Part shown: piece by piece, positions 1 to 9,665 of the stretch
Numbering within the stretch: the first letter of the stretch is position 1
Layout: each line of letters starts with the position of its first letter
Origin: an uncultured Gemmatimonadales bacterium
GTDB taxonomy: Bacteria; Gemmatimonadota; Gemmatimonadetes; Longimicrobiales; RSA9
Reading direction: 5' to 3'
DNA: 64,000 bases
NCBI GenBank assembly: GCA_963798085.1
Contig: CAWCRS010000001.1
Location: 352,001 to 416,000, forward strand
The notes under the pieces: model-generated
The model's input: only the letters and a program-made list of their open reading frames with translations
Database searches by the model: none
Told to the model about the DNA's origin: nothing
Made by a program: the position numbers and the translations under genes

Positions 1-112
1 CGGCGAGGACGCTGAGACAACGCGGAGAACGGATTCAGTTTTTCACACACTGGATCGGTCATCAGCTGGAGGCACAGAGGCAGGGGCTTTACAGCGGCAT
101 GAGCAAGACAAG

Positions 113-357
113 AACGGAACGGATCCGCTTTCACACAGTGGCCACAGGGCTTCGGAGGACGGACTCACAGCGGGATTCAAGTGCATTTCTGCAGTGAACG
201 AGAGTTGTTTCAACGAACAGATTCTGCGTTCCGGCACGGGTGGTGCTCGTCGTTGCGTGCCGTACTGAACTCCTCCGTTCACCGCAGCGTACCCGCTGAT
301 TCGAATCCGTCCTCCGAACCCCTGTGGCCTCTGTGTGAAAACGGATCCGTTTCCGTT
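113..357. repeat. Long imperfect inverted repeat (arms ~113-207 and ~268-357), REP/REPIN-like
   Basis: AACGGATCCGCTTTCACACAGTGGCCACAGGGCTTCGGAGGACGGA is close to the reverse complement of TCCGTCCTCCGAACCCCTGTGGCCTCTGTGTGAAAACGGATCCGTT; a related motif recurs at 34158, 35072, ~38147 and 63858. Confidence 0.8.
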
Positions 358-540
358 GTCTTTCTCACGCCCGCCCTGAATCCCTTCCTCGGTGCACTCC
401 CCGCCTCCATGCAAGAACAGTCGTCCGTTCTCAGCGTCCGTTCTACTCGCCTTCGCTGCCTCCGCGGTGAAGCCGCGCCCGGTTTGACGACCCGCCCTCC
501 GCCTCTGTATCCTCCGAACGCACTGACAGGAGGTGTCCAC

Positions 541-3500
541 ATGTCGCTCCGCTGCCTCGGCGCTGCCGCGCTGTTCCTCGGCCTTGCTAACACACCATTG
601 CGGGCGCAGCAGGCCTTCGCCCCGCCCGCGTCGCTCCTGCAGGAGCTCCGCTGGCGCAATATCGGGCCGCTGCGTGGCGGACGGACACGCTCGGCTGCGG
701 GCGTGCCCGGCCAGCCGTACACCTTCTACATCGGCGTCTGCAACGGCGGCGTCTGGAAGACCACTGACGCCGGGCGAACCTGGGTGCCCATCTTCGACGA
801 CCAGCCCACGCAGTCGATCGGCACGGTCGTGGTCGCGCCCTCCAATCCGAACGTCATTTACGTGGGCAGCGGCGAGGGCCTGCAGCGGCCGGACCTGTCG
901 GTGGGCAACGGCGTCTACAGGTCGACCAATGCCGGCCGCACATGGACCCACGGGGGCCTGCGCGATGCGCAGCAGATCGCCAACATCGCGGTCGACCCGG
1001 GCAATCCTGACAGACTGTTTGTCGCCGCACTGGGCCATCCCTACGGCCCCAATCCGGAGCGGGGCGTCTACCTGTCGACCAATGGCGGCCAGACGTTCAA
1101 GCCGGTGCTGCAGCGCGGCGAAGACACGGGCGCCAATGACGTCGACATCGATCCCACGAATTCGTTTGTCGTTTATGCCACTCTCTGGGAGGGACGGCAG
1201 GGGCCGTGGGAGAATGCGGCCTGGGGCGGACCGGGCGGCATCTTCAAGTCGACGGATGGCGGCGCCACGTGGAAGCCGTTGACCAATGGCCTGCCCGACG
1301 GCTACGGCCAGGTCAATCTCGCCATTGCACCCAGCAACCCCCGCCGCATCTACGCCACGGTTGCCGGACAGGGCGTGGGCATTTACCGCTCCGATGATGC
1401 GGGCGAGAGCTGGACACGCATCACCACGGACAATCGGCCTGCCGGCCGCATCGGTGGCGGCGATCTGCCCGTGCCCATCGTCAATCCGAAGAATCCGGAC
1501 ATGCTCGTCATGGCCAGCACCGTGTCCTGGAAATCGGTGGATGGCGGTCGCACCTGGGCGCCACTCAAGGGAGCGCCGGGCGGCGAGGACTATCAGGGCG
1601 GCTGGATCAATCCCGACAACCCGGACATCATGATGCTCGTCGCCGACCAGGGCGCGGTGGTCACACTCAATGGCGGCGAGACCTGGAGCGCCTGGTACAA
1701 CCAGTCGACCGCGCAGCTCTATCACATTGCCGCCGACAACGACTTTCCCTACCGCCTCTGCAGCGGCCAGCAGGAGAGCGGCTCCGCCTGTGTCTCCAGC
1801 CGTGGCAACTACGGCGCCATTTCCGAGCGCGACTGGCTGCCCGTCGGCGTCGATGAGTACGGCTACGCCGCGCCCGACCCGCTGAACCCCGACCTCGTCT
1901 ACGGCGGCCGCAGCGTGACGCGCTTCGACCGGCGCACGGGTCAGGTCTCGAGTGTCGGGCCCGTGGCCGGCGGCCGCGCTGGTGGCGGCGGCGGCTTCCG
2001 CACGGTGCGCACGCAGCCGGTCGTCTTCTCCGTGGCCGACCCGCACGCGCTCTACTTTGGTAACAACGTGTTATGGAAGACGCTGGACGGCGGACTGCAC
2101 TGGCAGCAGGTCAGTCCGGACCTGACGCGCAAGAGCTACGAGCTGCCCAAGAGCATCGGGAAATACGCCGACCCCGCCGAAGTCACGCAGCGCGGCGTCA
2201 TCTACACCATTGGTCCTTCCTACATCAGCGCGGCACGCATCTGGATCGGCACGGACGATGGCGTGATCCAGACCACCGCGGATGGCGGACTGCACTGGCA
2301 GGACGTGACGCCGCCGCAGATCGGGCCGTTCTGGAAGGTGTTCATGATGGAGCCCGGCCGTTTCTCCGCGCTCACCGCCTACGCCGCCGTGAACACCATG
2401 CGCATCGATGACATGCGCCCGCATTTCTACCGCACGCATGACGGCGGAAAGACGTGGACGGAGATCGTGAACGGGCTGGGCGACGACGCGGGCGCCGCGA
2501 ATTCGATTCGCGAAGACCCGGTGCGGCGGGGCCTGCTCTTCGCCAGCACGGAGCGCGGGGTGTTCGCCTCCTGGGATGATGGCGACCACTGGCAGTCGCT
2601 CCAGCTCAACCTGCCCGCCTCCTCCGCCCGCGACATCCTCGTCAAGGACCAGGACCTGGCCGTGGCCACGCACGGCCGCGGCTTCTGGATCCTGGACGAC
2701 ATCACGCCGCTGCGGCAGCTGGATGCACGCACGCTGGATGCTGACGCCGTGTTATTCAAGCCGGGCAGCGCGTGGCGGGTGCGCCCGAACCTGAGCACGG
2801 ACATGCCCTGGCCCAAGGAAGAGCCGACCGGCGAGAATCCGCCCGACGGCGCGGCCATCGACTACTATCTGAAGGGCGCCGCGAACGGCGAAGTCGTGCT
2901 CGAGATCGTGGATCAGGCCGGTCGCCTGGTGCGCCGTTACTCGAGCAGTGACCCGGTGACGCCCGTTCCCGATGCTGCTAACACGCCTGTTCCGTTGTAC
3001 TGGTACCGTGCGCCACAATCGCTCGCCGCCGCGGCCGGACTGCATCGCTTCTACTGGGATCTGCACTATCAGCCGCTGACGGGCGGTGGCGGCGGCGGAC
3101 GGGGCGGCCTTTCCATTGGCGCGATTCCGCACAAGACCGCGCCCTCGCCCGGCACGCCCTGGGTGGCGCCCGGCACGTACACCGTGCGACTGACTGCGAA
3201 CGGCCACACCTCCACACAGCCCATGACGGTGCGTCAGGACCCGCGCGTCCACACACCCGCGCTGGTCATGCAGCAGGTCTACACGACGACGGCGTTCCTG
3301 TATTACGGCGCGCTCAGCGCGCAGGAAGCCGCCGCGCAGGTGGCGGCCATGCGCGAACAGGCGAGTCAGCTGAAGTCGCAGGCCACCGGCGCAACCGCCA
3401 CGGCGCTCGCGCAGTTCGACACGCACGCCGAAGCACTCGCGGGACAGGCCCCGGGCGAGGCGGCGAGCGGCGCGCGCGGTGGACGGGGTGGACGCGGCGG

Positions 3501-3762
3501 CGGTCGCGGCGGCCGCGGCGGCGGTGCGCCCGCCGCGCCACCGGAATCGCTACCCGGCGTGGCCGCGTCGCTCGCCGGCCTGATGAACTCGCTGCAGGGG
3601 GCGGACGTTGCGCCCACCGCCGTGCAGCTCGCGGCCATCACCGAGGCAAGGCAGCGCGCCAGTGCGGTGATGGCGAAATGGGCGACATTGAAAGGCACGG
3701 AGCTGGTCGCACTGAATCTGAAGCTGAAGGCGGCCGGTCTGCAGCCGATCACCGCGCAATGA
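541..3762 (+). CDS. Secreted BNR/Asp-box (VPS10/sortilin-like) beta-propeller glycosyl hydrolase-like protein
   Basis: AGGAGG before ATG 541; signal peptide; WRNIGPLRGGR start motif; many S/T-x-D-G-G-x-T-W Asp boxes; ATHGRGFWILDD motif. Confidence 0.9.
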   Translation: MSLRCLGAAALFLGLANTPLRAQQAFAPPASLLQELRWRNIGPLRGGRTRSAAGVPGQPYTFYIGVCNGGVWKTTDAGRTWVPIFDDQPTQSIGTVVVAPSNPNVIYVGSGEGLQRPDLSVGNGVYRSTNAGRTWTHGGLRDAQQIANIAVDPGNPDRLFVAALGHPYGPNPERGVYLSTNGGQTFKPVLQRGEDTGANDVDIDPTNSFVVYATLWEGRQGPWENAAWGGPGGIFKSTDGGATWKPLTNGLPDGYGQVNLAIAPSNPRRIYATVAGQGVGIYRSDDAGESWTRITTDNRPAGRIGGGDLPVPIVNPKNPDMLVMASTVSWKSVDGGRTWAPLKGAPGGEDYQGGWINPDNPDIMMLVADQGAVVTLNGGETWSAWYNQSTAQLYHIAADNDFPYRLCSGQQESGSACVSSRGNYGAISERDWLPVGVDEYGYAAPDPLNPDLVYGGRSVTRFDRRTGQVSSVGPVAGGRAGGGGGFRTVRTQPVVFSVADPHALYFGNNVLWKTLDGGLHWQQVSPDLTRKSYELPKSIGKYADPAEVTQRGVIYTIGPSYISAARIWIGTDDGVIQTTADGGLHWQDVTPPQIGPFWKVFMMEPGRFSALTAYAAVNTMRIDDMRPHFYRTHDGGKTWTEIVNGLGDDAGAANSIREDPVRRGLLFASTERGVFASWDDGDHWQSLQLNLPASSARDILVKDQDLAVATHGRGFWILDDITPLRQLDARTLDADAVLFKPGSAWRVRPNLSTDMPWPKEEPTGENPPDGAAIDYYLKGAANGEVVLEIVDQAGRLVRRYSSSDPVTPVPDAANTPVPLYWYRAPQSLAAAAGLHRFYWDLHYQPLTGGGGGGRGGLSIGAIPHKTAPSPGTPWVAPGTYTVRLTANGHTSTQPMTVRQDPRVHTPALVMQQVYTTTAFLYYGALSAQEAAAQVAAMREQASQLKSQATGATATALAQFDTHAEALAGQAPGEAASGARGGRGGRGGGRGGRGGGAPAAPPESLPGVAASLAGLMNSLQGADVAPTAVQLAAITEARQRASAVMAKWATLKGTELVALNLKLKAAGLQPITAQ

Positions 3763-3782
3763 GCTGTTAGCAGCCGGGAAGA

Positions 3783-3807
3783 GGAACGGCGCTGTGTGCG
3801 CCGTTCC
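3783..3807. terminator. GC-rich hairpin between convergent genes
   Basis: GGAACGGCGC-tgtgt-GCGCCGTTCC perfect 10-bp stem; no U-tract. Confidence 0.5.
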
Positions 3808-3833
3808 CCCCTCCTGCGAACAATACCGCGGTC

Positions 3834-4358
3834 TCAGTCGACGAACGCCCAGAGCAGCGCGCGGCTCTGCCGGTCCAGCTGGTGCGGATCGCCCAGCCGG
3901 TAGAGATCGCCGGTCACATCGCGGATGAGCAGGCCGCCATCGGGCAGGCGTCGCGGCCAGTCATCCAGTCGCGTCTGAAAGGTGCGCGTACCCTGCTGCG
4001 TGCGCACCTGCCAGTGGCGCAGCTCGACTTCTTCCTCGATTGCGACAACGCCTGCCACTTCGAACACGAAGTCAGTCTCCGCGAGCGCGCTGTCCAGCGC
4101 CTGCCGTGACGCCGCGTCCAGCTCGTCCGGATCCGCGATCAACGCGAGTTCCCTGCCATCCTCGTTGCGCAACGACAGAAAACGCGTCGGCTCCGACCAG
4201 GGAAAACAGCGGCCCACGCGCACAATGTGCTGTTCGTCGCGCAGCCGGGCGCACAGCCGGCCGTCCGCCAGTCGCTCCAGCTCCAGCCTCGCCGGATCGT
4301 TGACGGCTCTGATCGCAGGTTCATGCGACGCGTGCCGTACTGATGTCGTCGTCTTCAA
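3834..4358 (-). CDS. DUF1854 family protein
   Basis: TTG start after GGAGG; RCFPWSEP..FLSL, WQVRTQQG, LLIRDVTG..Y, LD..SR.LL pattern; directly downstream of an ABC transporter, as is usual for this family. Confidence 0.8.
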   Translation of the reverse strand: MKTTTSVRHASHEPAIRAVNDPARLELERLADGRLCARLRDEQHIVRVGRCFPWSEPTRFLSLRNEDGRELALIADPDELDAASRQALDSALAETDFVFEVAGVVAIEEEVELRHWQVRTQQGTRTFQTRLDDWPRRLPDGGLLIRDVTGDLYRLGDPHQLDRQSRALLWAFVD

Positions 4359-4367
4359 TCTGCCTCC

Positions 4368-6635
4368 TCATTGCAGCTGGAGCTGCAGCTCGTACAGGTG
4401 CCGGTAGCGGCCCTGCGGCAGCTGCATCAGCTCGTGATGGGTGCCCGCCTCGACCAGTCTTCCTTCCACGATCACGAACAGCCGCGACGCCCGCCGCAGT
4501 GTGGACAACCGGTGTGCAATGGCGAACACGGTGCGGCCCGCGATCAGGCGGTCGAGCGCCTGCTGGATCTCGCGCTCCGTTTCCGTGTCCACGCTGCTCG
4601 TCGCCTCATCCAGGATCAGGATACGCGGGTCGTGCAGGATGGCGCGCGCGATGGAGACACGCTGCCGCTCCCCGCCCGACAATGTCTGTCCGCGCTCGCC
4701 CACTACCGTCTCGTAACCGAACGGCAGCTTGCAGATGAAGTCGTGCGCGTTCGCCGCCCTCGCCGCCGCCACTACGGCCGTCAGCGGCGCATCCGGCAGG
4801 CCGTAACGGATGTTCTCCAGCACCGTCGCATGGAACAGATACGGATCCTGCAGCACGATGCCGATCTGCTGGCGCAGGTGTCCCGCGTCCAGCGTGCGCA
4901 CGTCCACGCCATCAATGCGCACCACACCGCCGCTCACGTCGTAGAAGCGCGCGATGAGATTCACCAGCGTCGACTTGCCGCCGCCCGATGGGCCGACCAG
5001 TCCGATCAGCTCGCCCGGCTGCACCTCGAAGCTCACGCCGCGCAGCACCTGGCGCACACCATCGTAGGCGAAGCTCACGTTCTCGAACGCGACGTGGCCG
5101 CGCACCGGCTCGAGGCGCACCGGCGCAACCGGCTCGCGCACTTCCGGCTCCGTGTCCAGCACCTCGAACACGCGATGCGCCGACGACGTGGCGCGGTGCA
5201 TTGTCCTCGCCATCTGCCCGATCACTTCGATCGGTGCAATGAACATCGTCGCGTACAGCAGGAACGAAACGAACGTCCCCGTCGACAGCGCCGCGCCCCC
5301 ACCCAGCAGCCGCGGCACGGCCAGCGCCCACACGACCACGGTGGTGGTGTGCACAGCCAGCAGCAGGAGCGGCCAGAATGTCGTCCACTTGCGGTGCACG
5401 CGATTGGCTTCGCCCGTCACGTCCTCGTTGTAGTCTTCGAAGCGCGCGATCTCCCTTGCCTCCTGGTTGAACGCCTTGACCACGCGCACACCCGGGATCG
5501 TGTCTGATAACACGTCGGTTACACGCGACCACTTGCGCCACGTGCGCAGGAACAGCGGGCTGATGGTCTCGCCGTGGCGGTAGATCAGCCAGCAGAAGCC
5601 AGGCGAGGGCAGCGTCATGACCAGACCCAGGCGCCAGTCCAGCGACAGCAGCACGGCGGAAAGTCCGAGCAGCATCACCATGGACAGCGACACGTCCACA
5701 ATGCCGAACGCGAGGAACTCCCAGATGCGATCGGTGTCCGTGGCCACACGCGTGATGAGGCTGCCCGTCTTCTTGCGCGAGAAGAAGGAGAGCGAGAGCC
5801 GCTGCATGTGCTCGAACAGCTGGCAGCGCAGATCACGCACCACGCACTCGCCCACCACCGACATCAGGCGCAGCCGCACCAGCGCGGCGCTCTGCCGGAC
5901 GATGTGCACCAGCGCCATCGCCAGCACCGCGAGCCACGCGATCCAGGCCGCACGACCCAGCGCGAGCGTGCCCTGCTGCGCCGGCCGGATGACGCGGTCG
6001 ATGAGCCGCCCCGCAATGAAGGGCGGCGCCATGCTCACGAGCGTGATGAGCGCGGCCGCGGCCATGCCCACGCCCAGCTGCCGGCGGTACGGACGCAGGT
6101 ACCCTAACAGACGGAACAGCACGGCTCCGGAGCGGCCGGCCACGAGCGCCTGCGTGTCGCGGATCGGTCGCGCCACCGCGTCCGCGTACTCGCGATCCGC
6201 ATCACCGGACGCCGCCGATCGTCCGGCCAGCCGCTCGTCCAGCACGAAGCGCAGGTTCTCGAACGCGCGCCGCTGCCGGTTCGTGTACCGGAGCACAGCC
6301 AGTGGCGCCTCACCCGGCGCCGCGAGCAGTGTGAGCGTCGTCGCCGACAATCCCTGCGCCTCGTGCAGCGCACGGATCTGACTGCGGGCGACGACACGTA
6401 CCTCTACCTCGCCGGCGGGATTCCGCAGCGCCACCGCGAGCTGCGTGCGGCTCAGCACCAGCCACGTCTCTGCCAGCTGGAAACGCTCGTCGAGATCGGC
6501 AAACGCGTAGAGCTGCACCCGCTCGCCGCCCCACGCCAATTCGATACGCGCGCGCAGCTCCGCCGGCAGCTCGGAGGGCTGGTCCGTGTAGCGCGCGATG
6601 ATGCGCTCGTCGATCTGCTGTATTGGTGTTTTCAT
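4368..6635 (-). CDS. ABC transporter, fused permease/ATPase (exporter type) with N-terminal extension
   Basis: Walker A GPSGGGKST, LSGGERQR signature, Walker B ILILDEATS, IAHRLST; multi-TM membrane domain. Confidence 0.95.
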   Translation of the reverse strand: MKTPIQQIDERIIARYTDQPSELPAELRARIELAWGGERVQLYAFADLDERFQLAETWLVLSRTQLAVALRNPAGEVEVRVVARSQIRALHEAQGLSATTLTLLAAPGEAPLAVLRYTNRQRRAFENLRFVLDERLAGRSAASGDADREYADAVARPIRDTQALVAGRSGAVLFRLLGYLRPYRRQLGVGMAAAALITLVSMAPPFIAGRLIDRVIRPAQQGTLALGRAAWIAWLAVLAMALVHIVRQSAALVRLRLMSVVGECVVRDLRCQLFEHMQRLSLSFFSRKKTGSLITRVATDTDRIWEFLAFGIVDVSLSMVMLLGLSAVLLSLDWRLGLVMTLPSPGFCWLIYRHGETISPLFLRTWRKWSRVTDVLSDTIPGVRVVKAFNQEAREIARFEDYNEDVTGEANRVHRKWTTFWPLLLLAVHTTTVVVWALAVPRLLGGGAALSTGTFVSFLLYATMFIAPIEVIGQMARTMHRATSSAHRVFEVLDTEPEVREPVAPVRLEPVRGHVAFENVSFAYDGVRQVLRGVSFEVQPGELIGLVGPSGGGKSTLVNLIARFYDVSGGVVRIDGVDVRTLDAGHLRQQIGIVLQDPYLFHATVLENIRYGLPDAPLTAVVAAARAANAHDFICKLPFGYETVVGERGQTLSGGERQRVSIARAILHDPRILILDEATSSVDTETEREIQQALDRLIAGRTVFAIAHRLSTLRRASRLFVIVEGRLVEAGTHHELMQLPQGRYRHLYELQLQLQ

Positions 6636-6659
6636 GCTCGTGATCGTTCGGGGTTCGTG

Positions 6660-6704
6660 AAACAGAACGGCCTCCCGGGTGGCTGCTGGAGCACCCGGAA
6701 GGCC
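6660..6704 (-). terminator. Terminator-like hairpin in the 5' leader of the ABC transporter
   Basis: Minus strand GGCCTTCCGGGTG...CACCCGGGAGGCC 13-bp stem followed by GTTCTGTTT. Confidence 0.6.
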
Positions 6705-6730
6705 GGATCACGTGCATGCCGGCTGGTCTT

Positions 6731-6874
6731 CTAGGGCGCTCTTCGTCTGGTCAGGCGATCGATGGATGCAATACGCCCGCGGACTCCCTGCATCGGTCCG
6801 GCGCGGCGCACGAATCGCCGCGCGACCTGGACGAGGAGCCGCCTGAGCGTATGGGTGTGTTCGAGCTTGATCAT
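6731..6874 (-). CDS. Putative 47-aa Arg-rich leader peptide (MIKLEHTHTLRRLLVQVARRFVRRAGPMQGVRGRIASIDRLTRRRAP)
   Basis: GGAAGGG before ATG; stop ~26 nt before the hairpin; 12/47 Arg. Confidence 0.35.
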   Translation of the reverse strand: MIKLEHTHTLRRLLVQVARRFVRRAGPMQGVRGRIASIDRLTRRRAP

Positions 6875-7007
6875 GGCCCTTCCGCAGTGACGAAATTGCT
6901 GCTGGTGAGAATGACAACGCCTGGCGCTCCGTGTTTGTGACGGCCACCCTGCAGCCGCCTCGCACGACGCCGGCTGTCGCCTCGCCTCGCCCTGTCGCCA
7001 GATTCCC

Positions 7008-7033
7008 GTAACGTTTCCCGGCGCCTGCCTGTC
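7008..7033 (+). promoter_or_regulatory. Possible ECF-type autoregulatory promoter
   Basis: GTAAC-N17-TGTC about 20 nt upstream of the ECF sigma gene. Confidence 0.35.
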
Positions 7034-7053
7034 CCTCCTGCAGGCATGAAGGC

Positions 7054-7653
7054 ATGACTGCGAACACCGGACACGACAGCACGGCAACCGCGCAGCTCGA
7101 GCCGACCGATGCGCATCTCGTGATGCGCGCCCGCGCCGATGATGCGACTGCGTTTGCCCAGCTGGTGCGCCGCCATTACCGGGCGGCGTACGTGGTCGCG
7201 CTCGCCCTGATGCGCAACCGCGCGGATGCGGAGGACGTCTGCCATGACGCCTTCATCCGTGCCGCCACGCATCTGGAGGAATGCCGGCAGCCCGACCGTT
7301 TCGCGCACTGGCTGCTGGTCATCGTGCGCAATCACGCGCGCAACGTGCACGGGCGAGAGACCGTGCGGCAGGCTGCGCCGCTCGAGCCCGGCCTGGCGGA
7401 CAGCCACGAGGATGTGGCGCGCAACAGCGATCGGGCCCGGCTGCGCGGCCGGCTGGAACAGGCGCTGGCGCAACTCGATCCGCACCAGCGCGAGGTGCTG
7501 CTGCTGCACGATCTCGAAGGCTGGACGCACGACGACATCGCCGAAGCCGCCGGCATTTCCGCTGTGAACTCGCGCCAGCAGCTGTTCCGCGCGCGACGTC
7601 GCCTGCGCGAGCTGCTGGGACCCGGACTGCTGCGGGAGTATTTCCATGGATGA
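7054..7653 (+). CDS. ECF RNA polymerase sigma factor
   Basis: Region 2 (DAEDVCHDAFIRA, FAHWLLVIVRN) and region 4 (REVLLLHDLEGWTHDDIAE...LFRARRRL). Confidence 0.95.
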   Translation: MTANTGHDSTATAQLEPTDAHLVMRARADDATAFAQLVRRHYRAAYVVALALMRNRADAEDVCHDAFIRAATHLEECRQPDRFAHWLLVIVRNHARNVHGRETVRQAAPLEPGLADSHEDVARNSDRARLRGRLEQALAQLDPHQREVLLLHDLEGWTHDDIAEAAGISAVNSRQQLFRARRRLRELLGPGLLREYFHG

Positions 7654-8134
7654 CGAAACGCCCGGCCGCGAGCCGGCACCAGTCGACCTCTCCGGACTCG
7701 ATCCCACGCGCGACGCGCGTGCTTTCGAGCATACCGTGCGCGCCATCACGCAGGATGCGATGGCCGCGCGCCGGGCGCACGCGGGCGCCGCCTCGCCCAT
7801 CGCCGGCGAGGCCCGGCCGGTCCGCGCGGTGCACGCCGGATCGGAACCGGCCGATAATACGCTGTTATGGCCGCTGCTGGGCTGGCGCCGCCCCATTCTG
7901 GCGGCGGCCGCGCTCGTCGTGGTCATCACCGTGCCGACGCTGTGGCTCGTGCGCATGCCGCCGGCCGCGCCCAATGTTCTCGACGCACCAAGCGCGAAGC
8001 CGGCCACCGTGGCGCAGGCACTGGGCATTCCCAACGCTCTTGCCCGCTGGATCCTGCAGGACCGCATACCGACACCCGCCGAACTGGTGGGCTCGCTGAA
8101 CACGCCCGGCGACTGGACCAGCCGCCAACCCTGA
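7646..8134 (+). CDS. Probable single-pass membrane anti-sigma factor
   Basis: Overlaps the sigma gene stop; one TM segment ILAAAALVVVITVPTLWLV. Confidence 0.65.
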   Translation: MDDETPGREPAPVDLSGLDPTRDARAFEHTVRAITQDAMAARRAHAGAASPIAGEARPVRAVHAGSEPADNTLLWPLLGWRRPILAAAALVVVITVPTLWLVRMPPAAPNVLDAPSAKPATVAQALGIPNALARWILQDRIPTPAELVGSLNTPGDWTSRQP

Positions 8135-8152
8135 AGCACAAAGGAGAGAATC

Positions 8153-8686
8153 ATGGGAACCGTCGAATCACTGGGCAGCATCCCGCTGCGCGCCACGCTG
8201 CTGCTGGTCGTCACGTTCGTCGCCGGCGGCCTCGTGGGCGGCAGCATCGACCGCATCACGATGGTCACGCGCGCCCACCGCGAGTCGCTGGAGCCCGTCG
8301 TGGTAACGGGTCACGCCACGGGATTCGCCTACGCCGATGACTCCTCATCGAAACAGGCGAGCGGGCGCGCTGAACAGCGACTCGAGTATGCTGTGGCCGG
8401 CGAGAGCGCGATTCCCGAACAGTTCGAACGTCTCGGCCTGAGCGAGCTCCAGCAGAATCAGATGCGAAAGATCCTCGGTTCCAGCCGGCCCGAGGCGGAG
8501 ACGATTCTGCGTGAGAGCCTGCCCCGCCTGCGCAACATCACCGTGGAGACCTATCAGAAGCTGGTTTGTGTGCTCAACGCCGGGCAGCGCAAGGAACTCG
8601 CGAGCTGGCGCGACGCATCCGGCCTGAATGCGGGCGAAACCCGCGAATGGCTGCAGCGCGCCAACACGTCCGAGTGCAGCCGCTGA
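8153..8686 (+). CDS. Membrane-anchored periplasmic protein, Spy/CpxP-like helical domain
   Basis: AAGGAG RBS; N-terminal TM LLLVVTFVAGGLVG; LGLSELQ and VLNAGQR resemble LTxxQ motifs; typical third gene of ECF operons. Confidence 0.65.
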   Translation: MGTVESLGSIPLRATLLLVVTFVAGGLVGGSIDRITMVTRAHRESLEPVVVTGHATGFAYADDSSSKQASGRAEQRLEYAVAGESAIPEQFERLGLSELQQNQMRKILGSSRPEAETILRESLPRLRNITVETYQKLVCVLNAGQRKELASWRDASGLNAGETREWLQRANTSECSR

Positions 8687-8744
8687 GCCATCCGGCGTGG
8701 GCGCTGCCCGGCCAGGGCAGCACCATGGATGCGCTCGGCGCTGC

Positions 8745-8876
8745 CTTCCTGCCGATCGACATCCCGCGAGCTGCGCCCTTGCTCTGATGCTGCTCGTTAC
8801 CTGCGTCAGCGGGGGACTGGTGCCCGCCCGGTGTGCCGCGCAGATTCAGCCGGTCATCGCGTTGCGCAACGAGTGA
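8745..8876 (+). pseudogene. Degraded C-terminal remnant of an ADOP/MacB-type ABC permease
   Basis: ...ALALMLLVTCVSGGLVPARCAAQIQPVIALRNE* resembles the C-termini IPARRASRIDPMVALRSD* (13054) and VPARSALRLDVIAALREE* (22330). Confidence 0.6.
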
Positions 8877-8942
8877 CACGCGGCTGCACAATGTCACGCG
8901 CCGCGGAACGCAATTCCGCAACCCGCGCGTACAGGAGCCGCC

Positions 8943-9641
8943 GTGGAACGCCCCGTGCTGATGCCTACCACCGCTGTCGGCGAAACCTTTGCCGGCGTCA
9001 CCTACCATCTCGATGGTGAGCTGGTCCCCGTGCTCACCGTCGACCTGCGCGCCGGCCTGAGCGTGTACTTCGAGCACCACGTGCTGCTCTGGAAGCACCC
9101 GCACGTGAGCATCGAGCTGCGCGCCATGAAGGGCATGGTCAAGCGCATGCTCGCCGGCATCCAGGTGTTCGTCACGGAAGCGAGCGGCGACGGCCAGATC
9201 GCCTTCAGCCGCGACGGCGCCGGCCACATCGTGGCGCTGCACCTCGAGGCGGGCGAAGAAGTCCACGTGCGCGAACACCAGTTCCTGGCCGCAACCAGCA
9301 ACATCGACTACGCCTTCGAGCGCGTCCAGGGCATCTCTAACCTGCTGTTTGGCGGCAGCGGCTTCTTCATCGACCGCTTCCACGGCCACCGCGGCGAAGG
9401 CATCCTCTGGCTGCACGGCTACGGCAACGTCTTCGAGAAGCGCCTGGCCGCCGGCGAAGCCATCGACGTGGAGCCCGGCGGCTGGCTCTACAAGGACCCG
9501 TCCGTGCGCATGGAAACCAACATGCAACGCCTCTCCACCGGCTTCCTCGCCGGCACCAACCTGGTCATGAACCGCTTCACCGGCCCCGGCCGCGTCGCCA
9601 TCCAGTCCATGTACTTCCACATGCCCAGCGAAGGAAAGTGA
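8943..9641 (+). CDS. AIM24 family protein
   Basis: AGGAG RBS with GTG start; FGGSGFFI, G.G.LWLHGYG and FTGPGRVAIQS motifs. Confidence 0.88.
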   Translation: MERPVLMPTTAVGETFAGVTYHLDGELVPVLTVDLRAGLSVYFEHHVLLWKHPHVSIELRAMKGMVKRMLAGIQVFVTEASGDGQIAFSRDGAGHIVALHLEAGEEVHVREHQFLAATSNIDYAFERVQGISNLLFGGSGFFIDRFHGHRGEGILWLHGYGNVFEKRLAAGEAIDVEPGGWLYKDPSVRMETNMQRLSTGFLAGTNLVMNRFTGPGRVAIQSMYFHMPSEGK

Positions 9642-9665
9642 TATCGGACCGTCCAGCCTGAAATG

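Noticed and set aside
181..540. N-terminal 120 aa of the 1193-aa ORF
   Set aside because: It runs through palindromic repeats; the RBS and signal peptide point to ATG 541.
43..2046. Long antisense ORFs (this one, 42173-44509, 35829-37268, 28068-29579 and similar)
   Set aside because: Shadow frames of high-GC genes with no recognisable motifs.
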